Source: an uncultured Pseudomonadales bacterium
GTDB taxonomy: Bacteria; Patescibacteriota; Microgenomatia; UBA1400; PJMF01
Length of the DNA stretch: 59,516 bases
Reading direction: 5' to 3'
Assembly (NCBI GenBank): GCA_964650185.1
Contig: CAZYRN010000004.1
Span: 2,553-62,068 of the forward strand
Shown here: positions 19,111 to 27,478 of the stretch, in pieces
Numbering within the stretch: the first letter of the stretch is position 1
How the letters are laid out: every line of letters starts with the position of its first letter
The notes under the pieces: model-generated
Told to the model about the DNA's origin: nothing
The model's input: the letters and a program-made list of their open reading frames with translations, nothing else
Databases searched by the model: none
Position numbers and translations under genes: made by a program

Positions 19111-19791
19111 ATGATTCCTCAACCAGCTCACACCACCTTAAAGCAGCTACCAGTTATTAAGCAACCCCGCTCCATTTTGCAGCGAGCTGGACCGCAAAAT
19201 CTCACTAGCGCCGAACTAATTGCCATACTTCTCGGGGCTGGCACTAAGCAAGTCAGCGCGAAACAGTTAGCAGAAAAAATTTTACACCGGCATCATCAAC
19301 ACCTCACCACTGTGACTTTCAACCAGCTGCAAAAATTTCGCGGGATTGGACCAGTTAGAGCGGCTCAACTGCTGGCTGCTCTAGAACTGGGTAGACGATA
19401 CTTCTCACCTCAACCAGCCCAGCAGATCTTAAAACCCCAAGATGTACTTTCGCAAGTGACCGCCATTCGCTCCAGTCACCGCGAACATCTCTTGGTGTTA
19501 TATCTCAATGCACGGTATGAGTTGCTGGCAAAGCAAACCATTGCCATCGGCTCACTAAATACTAATGCAGTCGAAGCCAGAGATATTTTTGCTCAAGCCA
19601 TTACCTTGCCTTGCCGGAGTTTAATCTTGGTTCATAACCATCCTTCGGGTAATGCTCAGCCAAGTTACGATGACCTGGAAACAACAAAAAAGCTGCAAGC
19701 TGCCGGTGAGTTGTTGGGAATAGAAGTCGCAGATCACTTGATCGTCACTGCTCAGAGCCATCACTCTTTCCGCGATAGCGGTTTAATGTAG
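19111..19791 (+). CDS. radC: RadC family protein (HhH plus JAB/MPN domain)
   Basis: ELIAILLG.G, GIGPVRA.QL.A.LELGRR, HNHPSG...PS.DD, DHLI. Confidence 0.93.
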   Translation: MIPQPAHTTLKQLPVIKQPRSILQRAGPQNLTSAELIAILLGAGTKQVSAKQLAEKILHRHHQHLTTVTFNQLQKFRGIGPVRAAQLLAALELGRRYFSPQPAQQILKPQDVLSQVTAIRSSHREHLLVLYLNARYELLAKQTIAIGSLNTNAVEARDIFAQAITLPCRSLILVHNHPSGNAQPSYDDLETTKKLQAAGELLGIEVADHLIVTAQSHHSFRDSGLM

Positions 19792-21243
19792 TTAAAAATT
19801 AGATTTTTTAATTAGTTCTGCACCCTGCGGGGTATCTTTCACCTCAAAGCCATGACCAAGCAGTTGTTGTCGGATTTGATCTGCCAGTTCCCAATTTTGC
19901 TCCTGACGAGCACTTTCCCGGTCTGCTACCAACTGTTTCACCTCAGTCGGCAGCTCAACTGCAGTCACCGCTGTACCGCCCCACTTAGCTAAAATCTGAT
20001 CGGCTTGGCTGAAGCCTAAACCCAGCACCTGATCAAAATCCATTAATAGTTCGTGTTTATCAACTCCTGGAATGTTGGACTTAACCACTTCCCACATTAC
20101 CGCTACCGCTGCTGGCGAGTTTAAATCATTAGCTAGCTCAGCAAAAAATTGCTGCCGATAGCGGTCAATTTTCTCTAGCTTATCTTCACTCAACACTGTC
20201 CGCCCTGACTCCCGTTTAAATTGACTTAATGTCTCCAATAACCGCAGATAACTCTTATGCACTCCAGCTAAGTTTTCCCAAGTAAAATTCATCTCAGATC
20301 GGTAATGAGCTGTTAAAAACAACAGCCGCAGCGCGAGCGGATGAAAACCGCGCTCCATCACATCATCAATCGTAAAAAAGTTATTCTTGGACTTACTCAT
20401 CTTTTCACCCTCAACCATTAAAAAGTTGTGGTGCACCCAATACCGCACAAATGGTTTTTTGCCAGTCGCTGCCTCAGACTGAGCTATCTCATTAGGGTGA
20501 TGAACTGAAATGTGGTCAATACCGCCAGTGTGAATATCAAACTGCTCACCCAAATACTTCATACTCATCGCAGAACACTCCACATGCCAGCCAGGAAAAC
20601 TTCGCTCATGCCAGGGACTAGGCCAAACCATCGCCCGACTCTCTCCCGGCCGCTCAAACTTCCACAGCGCAAAATCAGTCGGATGCTTTTTACCAGCCAC
20701 CGGTTCGACTCTCGCCCCCTCCTGCAATTGCGCTAAATCACCTCTTCTCGCCAGCTGACCATAATCTTCTAACCGGCTCGTGTCGAAATAAACACCATCA
20801 TTTTCAATAACGTAGGTAAAACCTTTCGCCTCCAGCTCCTGCACCAACTTTAACTGCTCTTCAATATGCTCCGTCGCTCTGGGACTGACGTCAGGTTTCA
20901 AATTGCCCATCAGCTGCATGGAATACCAGAAGTGTTCTTCAAATTTTTTAGCCAGCTCCCAAACAGTAGTCTGGTACTTCTGCGCCCCCTTTTCCATCTT
21001 GTCTTCACCAGTGTCAGCATCAGAAGCCAGATGACCCACATCAGTAATATTTTGGACGAAATGCACCTGATAACCTTGGTGTCGCAGCGTTCGCACCAAC
21101 AGATCATCCATCGTAAATTTACGCAGATGACCTAAATGGGCGTAATCATAAACAGTAGGACCGCAAGAATATAAACCTAACTTAGCTGGCGCTGGCGGCT
21201 GCACTTCCTCGATCTGGCGACTCATGGTGTTGAAAAGTTTCAT
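19792..21243 (-). CDS. cysS: Cysteine--tRNA ligase
   Basis: YSCGPTVYDYAHLGH, NITDVGH, FPGWHVECSAMS, DIHTGGIDH..HH.NE, KMSKS. Confidence 0.97.
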   Translation of the reverse strand: MKLFNTMSRQIEEVQPPAPAKLGLYSCGPTVYDYAHLGHLRKFTMDDLLVRTLRHQGYQVHFVQNITDVGHLASDADTGEDKMEKGAQKYQTTVWELAKKFEEHFWYSMQLMGNLKPDVSPRATEHIEEQLKLVQELEAKGFTYVIENDGVYFDTSRLEDYGQLARRGDLAQLQEGARVEPVAGKKHPTDFALWKFERPGESRAMVWPSPWHERSFPGWHVECSAMSMKYLGEQFDIHTGGIDHISVHHPNEIAQSEAATGKKPFVRYWVHHNFLMVEGEKMSKSKNNFFTIDDVMERGFHPLALRLLFLTAHYRSEMNFTWENLAGVHKSYLRLLETLSQFKRESGRTVLSEDKLEKIDRYRQQFFAELANDLNSPAAVAVMWEVVKSNIPGVDKHELLMDFDQVLGLGFSQADQILAKWGGTAVTAVELPTEVKQLVADRESARQEQNWELADQIRQQLLGHGFEVKDTPQGAELIKKSNF

Positions 21244-21244
21244 C

Positions 21245-21898
21245 TCAATGCTTTGCTCCAGCATTACCTAATGTTTTTCGCTGGTGCTCCATCATATCTT
21301 CAGTTCGTTTTCTCTTAGATCCAGCTGGTCCAACTGGTCCTTTTTTCGGACTTGATGGCATCACTATCCGCTCCTGTGCACGTGCCTGCTCGGCTTGCTG
21401 GCGCTGCTCTTCTTCTTCTCGCTGGTGCTTCTCGGCCTGCATCTTGGCTTGATACTTTTGTTGAGCCACCTGCTGTTGTTCTTGATCCAATTTTTGCCAG
21501 CGCTGATGAAGCTGCTGTTTTTTAGCCTGATCTTCGGGAGTGTCCTCAACCTTAATTCCCAACAGCGCCCCAATATCAAATAAACTTGCCAAACCTTTCA
21601 CCACATCTTTAACGGGTCTGCTGAGCAACTCATCCTTAATTGATCCTACCTCCCGTGGCTGGGCTGGCTGAAAAGTACCCTGACTTGGTTTTTGGTCTAA
21701 GGCGTTAGTCTTATCGAGCAGTGGATTAGTACCAGCTTTGCCTGTGCCTTGTTGCGTACTAGTCTGCTGTTGACTCAACTGCTTCTGCTGCATGGCTGAC
21801 TGCATGGCATTTTCATCAAGATGCTCACTAAATCCACCCAGATTTGAGTTAAAACCGCCCATTGGTCTTGGTCTGGCAGTTGGTTTTGGTCCTGGCAT
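21245..21898 (-). CDS. Gln-rich coiled-coil hypothetical protein
   Basis: 217-aa ATG ORF whose stop abuts the cysS start. Confidence 0.7.
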   Translation of the reverse strand: MPGPKPTARPRPMGGFNSNLGGFSEHLDENAMQSAMQQKQLSQQQTSTQQGTGKAGTNPLLDKTNALDQKPSQGTFQPAQPREVGSIKDELLSRPVKDVVKGLASLFDIGALLGIKVEDTPEDQAKKQQLHQRWQKLDQEQQQVAQQKYQAKMQAEKHQREEEEQRQQAEQARAQERIVMPSSPKKGPVGPAGSKRKRTEDMMEHQRKTLGNAGAKH

Positions 21899-21917
21899 CT
21901 AGATAGCTTTCCTCAAT

Positions 21918-22355
21918 CTATTCCGACTCATCTACTTCAATTTTGATATGTTCAATTTGACGAATGCCATGTTCTTCGATATCAGAGGTTTCCGCCGCGA
22001 CTTCATCCTCGGTGGCCTGAACTTGATCCTGTCGAGCTTGTTCTGCTGATCCGGATAAAACCTGTTTCATTTCTGCCAGCTGCTGTTCAATTTTCTGCGC
22101 ATCTTCAGCTTGCTGCCGCGCTTTAATTTCTTCTAATTCTGCCAGCTTGGCCGCTTCCTGCTCCTTCTCCTGCTCTTCGATTTGACTAAGCTCTTGATTA
22201 ACTTCAGCTGCTCCCTTCGCATCTTTTAACAGATCTTCTAAAATATCCATCGGGCTAGGAGAAGTACCAGCTGTTTGAGTTGGATCGCTAGTCTGGGTCG
22301 GATCGTCAGCCTGGGTTGGATCTGCTGCAACTACCGAATTATCTGAATCACTCAT
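21918..22355 (-). CDS. Acidic coiled-coil hypothetical protein
   Basis: 145 aa, E/Q/A-rich, with a short ADPTQ/SDPTQ repeat. Confidence 0.7.
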   Translation of the reverse strand: MSDSDNSVVAADPTQADDPTQTSDPTQTAGTSPSPMDILEDLLKDAKGAAEVNQELSQIEEQEKEQEAAKLAELEEIKARQQAEDAQKIEQQLAEMKQVLSGSAEQARQDQVQATEDEVAAETSDIEEHGIRQIEHIKIEVDESE

Positions 22356-22386
22356 GATCTTAAGATACTAGAAAAACCAGGCTTTC

Positions 22387-22713
22387 TCAATGAGAAAGTG
22401 ATTTGCGACTGAATTGAATCTGTTTTTCTTTCATCTTGCGGACTTGCCTCATGGCAGCGTTGGTCGCATCAACAATACCTTCATACATATCACTCGCCAT
22501 GGTTCTGACCACAATGGTTTTTCCAGGCAGGCTGACCACATATTTAATAATGGCATTTTGATCTCGCTTAGAGCCAGCGACTTTATGATCCAGTGAAATC
22601 TGGACTTTGCCGATCCGCTGATGCAGCTTTTGCAGCTTGCTGGCTTGCTCGATGGCAAAAGCACGCAGTGCTTGAGTGATGGTGAAAGTTTTGGACGCGA
22701 TTAATATCCGCAT
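22387..22713 (-). CDS. raiA: Ribosome hibernation promoting factor (short HPF/RaiA)
   Basis: I....F.IT.ALR.FA.....KL, V.LPGK.I......DMYEGI; strong SD AAGGAGG 5 nt before ATG 22713. Confidence 0.88.
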   Translation of the reverse strand: MRILIASKTFTITQALRAFAIEQASKLQKLHQRIGKVQISLDHKVAGSKRDQNAIIKYVVSLPGKTIVVRTMASDMYEGIVDATNAAMRQVRKMKEKQIQFSRKSLSH

Positions 22714-22751
22714 CAATACCTCCTTCGCCCGGGCGGGCTATTTTTTAGTAC

Positions 22752-22797
22752 AAAAAAACACCTCTTTGTCTGTTACGAGAAAAGAAAAAGAGGTGTT
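22752..22797 (-). terminator. Intrinsic terminator between recR and raiA
   Basis: 11-bp stem AACACCTCTTT/AAAGAGGTGTT followed by TTTTT. Confidence 0.7.
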
Positions 22798-22919
22798 CTT
22801 CTGCTAAAGCTGAAGCAAAAAAGTTCTTTGGTAAGTTGCGATCTAAATGATAGATCATTAAGCTCAGTTTACTGAATAAGTCACAGCTGAACAAGCCATA
22901 AGATCGCTTGCTATATAAG

Positions 22920-23534
22920 TTAAAGCTGGCGTCTACCCTCGAGTGCACGGGCAATTGTCACTCCATCGGCATACTCGATATCAGCCCCAATCGGCAGACC
23001 GTGACCAATTCTAGTCATGCTGAGCTGAGAAGCCTCACCACCAAACTCACTTTTTTCAATTAACTCGCGAATGTAAAGCGCGGTAGCCTCTCCCTCCATG
23101 GTGGGATTAGTGGCCATAATTAACTCTGTGACACCTTCTAACCTATCTAAAATTTCACCTAAAAATAATTGATCCGGTCCAATGTTATTCAGCGGATCAA
23201 TCGAACCATGCAGCACATGATACAAACCATGATACTGACTGGAGTTCTCGATGGCCAACACGTCTAGTGGCGCTTCAACGACACATAACAGACTTTGATC
23301 ACGAGTTTGATCACTGCAAATCTCGCACGGATCAGTTTCACTGACGTTATGACAGCGACTGCAGAGAACGGTTTTTTGTTTTAATGAAATTAATTTTTCC
23401 GCAAAATCTGCTAATTCTTCTTCAGGATTATGCAGCAGATAAAAAACTAGCCGTTGGGCAGATTTTGGACCAATTCCAGGCAGTTTTTCAAATTTTTCAA
23501 TCAAGCGCTCAATGGGTCGCGGTAGTTTTGCCAT
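22920..23534 (-). CDS. recR: Recombination mediator RecR
   Basis: LPGIGPKSAQR, C4 zinc finger CSRC...CEIC, YHVLHG, ATNPTMEGEATA, EYAD. Confidence 0.97.
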   Translation of the reverse strand: MAKLPRPIERLIEKFEKLPGIGPKSAQRLVFYLLHNPEEELADFAEKLISLKQKTVLCSRCHNVSETDPCEICSDQTRDQSLLCVVEAPLDVLAIENSSQYHGLYHVLHGSIDPLNNIGPDQLFLGEILDRLEGVTELIMATNPTMEGEATALYIRELIEKSEFGGEASQLSMTRIGHGLPIGADIEYADGVTIARALEGRRQL

Positions 23535-23582
23535 AACTTTCTATCCTAGAATGAATAGCCAACAATTACAAACTGTATTATA

Positions 23583-23834
23583 GTGAATGTAACAATATTA
23601 AACAAAAAGCAGCCTACGAATGAACAAAATAGAAATGGATTAAATGAAATTAATGATTCTAAAGAGGAAAGTTTATTAAAAGATCCTAAGGCAACTGCAA
23701 TCGCCGCAGAAATAATTAACAAGACTAGACAGCAAGAAAAATTTTATGAGGAAATGAAGAAGGCTGGCGGGGGGAATTCTGGGATATCAGCTGAAGAAAA
23801 TATATTTGGTGTTGAAATAGCAGACTTATACTAA
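23583..23834 (+). CDS. Small AT-rich hypothetical protein
   Basis: 83-aa ORF with GTG start filling the recR-pyrF gap; no motif. Confidence 0.45.
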   Translation: MNVTILNKKQPTNEQNRNGLNEINDSKEESLLKDPKATAIAAEIINKTRQQEKFYEEMKKAGGGNSGISAEENIFGVEIADLY

Positions 23835-23910
23835 AGCCTCTACATCCATCTCTTCAAATGCAGGTTATTCTTCAGCCTCATCAATTTTAAAATTTGGTGG
23901 TTGTTGTTCT

Positions 23911-24744
23911 TCAATCATTTTTACTCCTATCTTGCATCTCTACTGCTAGTTCTTGTGCGGCCTGAGCCGGACTGTCTGCAAAAATTATTCCGCGGCTGGA
24001 ATTAATAATTAATCCCAAACCTTTTTCATTGCAGCCATCTCTCAACACGGCTGCCAAATCTCCGCCCTGCGCTCCCACCCCCGGCACTAACAGCGTCATC
24101 TCACCCACCAACTGCCTCACTTGAGACAATTCAGCCGGATAAGTAGCACCCACTACCAACAGACAGTTGCCATGTTCATTCCATTCTGAAGCAACCTGCT
24201 GAGCTACCACCTGCCACAGTGGCTGCGTCGGTAAATTATCACCCCCAGTTCTGCTCACCATTAAATCCTGTAATTCGCCAGCACCTGGATTAGAAGTGCG
24301 GCACAAAAAAATACAACCTTTGTCTTGACGTACTAAAAATGGCTGCATTGCTTCATGACCTAAATAAGGATGGAGCGTGATGGCGTCAAAACCCAGCTCG
24401 TCAAAAATCCCTTTCGCGTATGCTTCGTTAGTTGAACCAATGTCAGCTCGCTTCGCATCAGCAATGGTGGGCAGCTGAGGATGCCGTTCCTGCAAATACA
24501 TCATGGACATTTTTAGCTCCCGCCAGCCCTGCTCCCCCCTCGCTTCGTAAAAAGCCAAGTTAAATTTATAGCAACTTGTGTATTGATGAGTTTCCTCTAT
24601 TATCCACTTATTAAACTCATATTGAGGATATTCTTTGCTCAAAAAAGAAGATGGTAATTTGGAAATTTCACTATCTAAACCCACACTCAGTAAGGAATTA
24701 ATTGATTGCGCCCGAGCTTCGTATTTTTCTACAAAAGTGGTCAT
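23911..24744 (-). CDS. pyrF: Orotidine-5'-phosphate decarboxylase (type 2)
   Basis: VGLD, YKFNLAFY, DAKRADIGST, CRTSNPG, VVGATYP, LVPGVGAQGG, NSSRGI. Confidence 0.96.
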   Translation of the reverse strand: MTTFVEKYEARAQSINSLLSVGLDSEISKLPSSFLSKEYPQYEFNKWIIEETHQYTSCYKFNLAFYEARGEQGWRELKMSMMYLQERHPQLPTIADAKRADIGSTNEAYAKGIFDELGFDAITLHPYLGHEAMQPFLVRQDKGCIFLCRTSNPGAGELQDLMVSRTGGDNLPTQPLWQVVAQQVASEWNEHGNCLLVVGATYPAELSQVRQLVGEMTLLVPGVGAQGGDLAAVLRDGCNEKGLGLIINSSRGIIFADSPAQAAQELAVEMQDRSKND

Positions 24745-25373
24745 TTATTCCTTTCCGCCCAGCTCCATGGTTCTTGCAGCCAGGACTCAATTAGCTCTTT
24801 TTCTGCTGGTGAAAACAGTTTTCGCGCTAATGCCACCTCAAGAATAATAGGAAAAGTTGTTAGGGTATGCAGTTTCACATTTGCCTGCGCAAACGCCTTT
24901 TCAGCCTCAGGAAACCCGTAAGCAGTGATGACCAAACAGTCTGCCACTTCAGCTTGATCATGACGCAGTGCCTCGACTCCGGCTAGACTGCTGCCGCCTG
25001 TGGTGACGTGATCCTCGATCAGCAGCACTTTTTTTCCTTGCACTTGACCGCCTTCAATCTTGCTTTTAGTCCCATGATCTTTGACTTTTTTCCTAATAAA
25101 TACCGATGGCTGCCGCAGCTGATATCCTAAAGCTGCACTATGAGGAATACCTGCTGTCTCGATGCCAGCTAACAAATCAAATTCCAGTCTTTGTTGAGCA
25201 ATTAACTGCTGAAAACCTGCAATGACCAACTCCCATTCCTGAGGATGAGCCGGAAAAATCCGATTATCAACATAAACCGGTGATAATAACCCAGACTTAA
25301 AAGTGATTGGCTGCTGGGGTGAAAAACCTACCGCCTTAATATCGAGTAAAGCTGCTGCAATTTTTGCTTGCAT
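24741..25373 (-). CDS. pyrE: Orotate phosphoribosyltransferase
   Basis: FKSGLLSPVYVDNR, RKKVKDHG, PRPP motif VLLIEDHVTTGGS. ATG 25373 overlaps the upstream stop. Confidence 0.96.
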   Translation of the reverse strand: MQAKIAAALLDIKAVGFSPQQPITFKSGLLSPVYVDNRIFPAHPQEWELVIAGFQQLIAQQRLEFDLLAGIETAGIPHSAALGYQLRQPSVFIRKKVKDHGTKSKIEGGQVQGKKVLLIEDHVTTGGSSLAGVEALRHDQAEVADCLVITAYGFPEAEKAFAQANVKLHTLTTFPIILEVALARKLFSPAEKELIESWLQEPWSWAERNK

Positions 25374-26443
25374 TAGTTCCTTTCTTCCCAAATTTCCATG
25401 GCGAGATGCGGCTGCCACATAGCTCCAGTGGCACTTAGCACTGCGTCTGCTCCTAACTGTCGATAGTCAGCATAATCTTGGGCACTCATCACTCCGCCGA
25501 CGCCAACCACCACGAATTGCTGGTCATATTCGGCTCTCAACTGCACCAAGCGTTTTACCATCTCCAAACCTGCCCATTTAATACTCGCTCCGCAAATACC
25601 ACTTCTTTCTCGTCCTTTTCCAGGCAAAGCAGGCTTGCCAGCTTCATTCACCACCAAAGCCGGAATGGTATTAATGGCAATTAATCCATCAACAATCGGG
25701 CCGACTTTAGCTACTAGCTCTGCTAAGTGTGCCTCTTCGGCAAAATAAGCTAGTTTGAGCAGTAGCGGCGTGTTGCCAATTTCATTTTTAATCTGATCCG
25801 CAATCTGGCGCACCCGCTCCACATCAAAACATAATAGCTCAGCTGTGCCTTCATTAGGACAACTGAGATTAGCAGCTAAAATTGGCGCGCCAGTCTCTTT
25901 CACCAATCTAGCCCCCAACACATAATCATCAATAAAATCCTGAACAGAACCACCCGGCAGCTTTGTGCCTTGAAAACCGCCGATCAGCGCTTGACCCTTA
26001 CCAGCTGCCTGCACGGCTGCAGCCATATCTGGCTGCCACCAATCTGGATCCATGGAGGGGACGCCAAATGAGTTAGTAATTGAGAGCGGCTCCTCATAAT
26101 TTTCATCAGCCACCACTGGCTGCTGAGCTCTCTCTAAGCTGAGCTCACCTTCAATTTTCGCCGCTAGCACATTCGGGTTGGGGTGACAGGGATAAAATTT
26201 GGTGCGGACAGTTTTATAAACATTCAAATCAAAACCTTTGACAAAAGCAGCTGCCACAAACTTACCGTTAATTAATGGTCCAGCCGGAATACCAAATGGC
26301 TGAAATAATTTCTGACCTAAAAACTCTACTTGCGGTTCATCGAGTCGATGCAGCTGCTCACCATCAGCAAAAGCCCCAAATGGACCTGTCTCAAAATTAG
26401 CTTCGTATGAAAGCTGAGGATCGTAAAAAGGTTGTTCCATCAT
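25373..26443 (-). CDS. pyrD: Dihydroorotate dehydrogenase, divergent class-1-like
   Basis: PFGIPAG, YKTV, NSFG.PS, NLSCPN (catalytic Cys), LLKL, INT, GICG, VGVGGV; located directly upstream of pyrE-pyrF. Confidence 0.85.
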   Translation of the reverse strand: MMEQPFYDPQLSYEANFETGPFGAFADGEQLHRLDEPQVEFLGQKLFQPFGIPAGPLINGKFVAAAFVKGFDLNVYKTVRTKFYPCHPNPNVLAAKIEGELSLERAQQPVVADENYEEPLSITNSFGVPSMDPDWWQPDMAAAVQAAGKGQALIGGFQGTKLPGGSVQDFIDDYVLGARLVKETGAPILAANLSCPNEGTAELLCFDVERVRQIADQIKNEIGNTPLLLKLAYFAEEAHLAELVAKVGPIVDGLIAINTIPALVVNEAGKPALPGKGRERSGICGASIKWAGLEMVKRLVQLRAEYDQQFVVVGVGGVMSAQDYADYRQLGADAVLSATGAMWQPHLAMEIWEERN

Positions 26444-26446
26444 GAT

Positions 26447-27478
26447 TTAATTTGCTTGACTGTTTTCGGTTAAGCCCAGCACCTTTCTGCCATTACTAGT
26501 GGCAATTTTGGTTAGTGCAGCTAAATCATAAAAGTGCAGACTTTCCAGTAAAAATCTTAACTCCAGCCACATCTCCCCATCAGTAAATGGTTTATAAATA
26601 TCAGCGATGTTGTCGGTGCCAATGGCGACGGTAATTCCGGCCGCAGTCAGCTCCTCCACAGGTGTGACAGAATTATGAACCGGCTGCAGCTCTTCGCGAC
26701 GCCGGTGGTCAATCCACGCCGTTGGGCATGCAATCATCATCACTCCTGCTTCTTTGAGCTGCTGATATAGCTGCTGACGATAAGCTTGCGGATGACTGGC
26801 AATGGAGATGCCATGTATCCCCACCACTTTTCCTGCCATGCCATGCTGGCGAGTTTTGGCAGCAAGCAGTTCAGTCTCTGTTTCTTGAGGACTATTGAGC
26901 TGATCAACATGCACATGCACAAGTTTATTGAGCCGCTGAGCAGTCTCCATAATGATATCTAGGTGCTCCTCTTCCCTACCCAGATCTTTACCCGGCAAGC
27001 CGCCAATAATATCCACAAATTCAGCTCCTCGCTCAAACCACTCCCGCGCCGTCGGCTCGATAACTCCTTTTAAAGTCTGGTTAATAAAAACCAGCTCCAA
27101 ATCTGCCTGATATTTTTCTCTTACTTTGGTGGCAGCTTGGATCGCCTTATCCTCAATCACCTCATCAACATCAATAAAGCTGCCCAGCGCAGTCACTCCC
27201 TGAGCCAACTGCCGCTCGATTGCCATCGCCATCCGATCATAGATTTGAGCAACCGTTGAGGTTCGTTTCATTTCATCTACCAGCGTCCACTTTTGTTGTA
27301 ACTGTGCTTCAGCTAAGTCCAATAAATCTGGAGTAATGGAATATGCCCGATCCAGGTGGGTGTGGGCATTCACCCACCCGCCTCGAGCTTTAATTTCCTC
27401 AAGCAACAAGCCTTTTAGATCCCACTCCGCAAGGCCTGTTAACTTCGCTTCAGTAGCTTTTTTAGCTGCGTTTGCCAT
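26447..27478 (-). CDS. Cytosine-deaminase/AtzC-like metal-dependent amidohydrolase (atypical active site)
   Basis: NAHTHLD (H39/H41), HVHVDQ (H190), IHG (H222), GTDN (D289). Compact, lacking most of the N-terminal beta domain. Confidence 0.85.
   Translation of the reverse strand: MANAAKKATEAKLTGLAEWDLKGLLLEEIKARGGWVNAHTHLDRAYSITPDLLDLAEAQLQQKWTLVDEMKRTSTVAQIYDRMAMAIERQLAQGVTALGSFIDVDEVIEDKAIQAATKVREKYQADLELVFINQTLKGVIEPTAREWFERGAEFVDIIGGLPGKDLGREEEHLDIIMETAQRLNKLVHVHVDQLNSPQETETELLAAKTRQHGMAGKVVGIHGISIASHPQAYRQQLYQQLKEAGVMMIACPTAWIDHRRREELQPVHNSVTPVEELTAAGITVAIGTDNIADIYKPFTDGEMWLELRFLLESLHFYDLAALTKIATSNGRKVLGLTENSQAN

Noticed and set aside
22719-22738. GCCCGCCCGGGC before raiA (and CCCGCCTGGGC at 29163-29173 on the + strand) resemble the 3' hairpin of the ZTP riboswitch
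   Set aside because: The upstream ZTP P1 element (GUGACUGGCG...GGGAGC) is absent, and the second instance is simply the terminator read on the other strand.
22860-22919. Partial resemblance to a purine riboswitch (UAUA, AUGG, GUAAA)
   Set aside because: Loop lengths are wrong and the J2/3 UUUCUAC core is missing.
22714-22919. SRP RNA next to recR, or a canonical raiA-motif RNA
   Set aside because: No SRP domain IV (GGAA tetraloop with CAGG/AGCA), and no recognisable raiA-motif conserved sequence.
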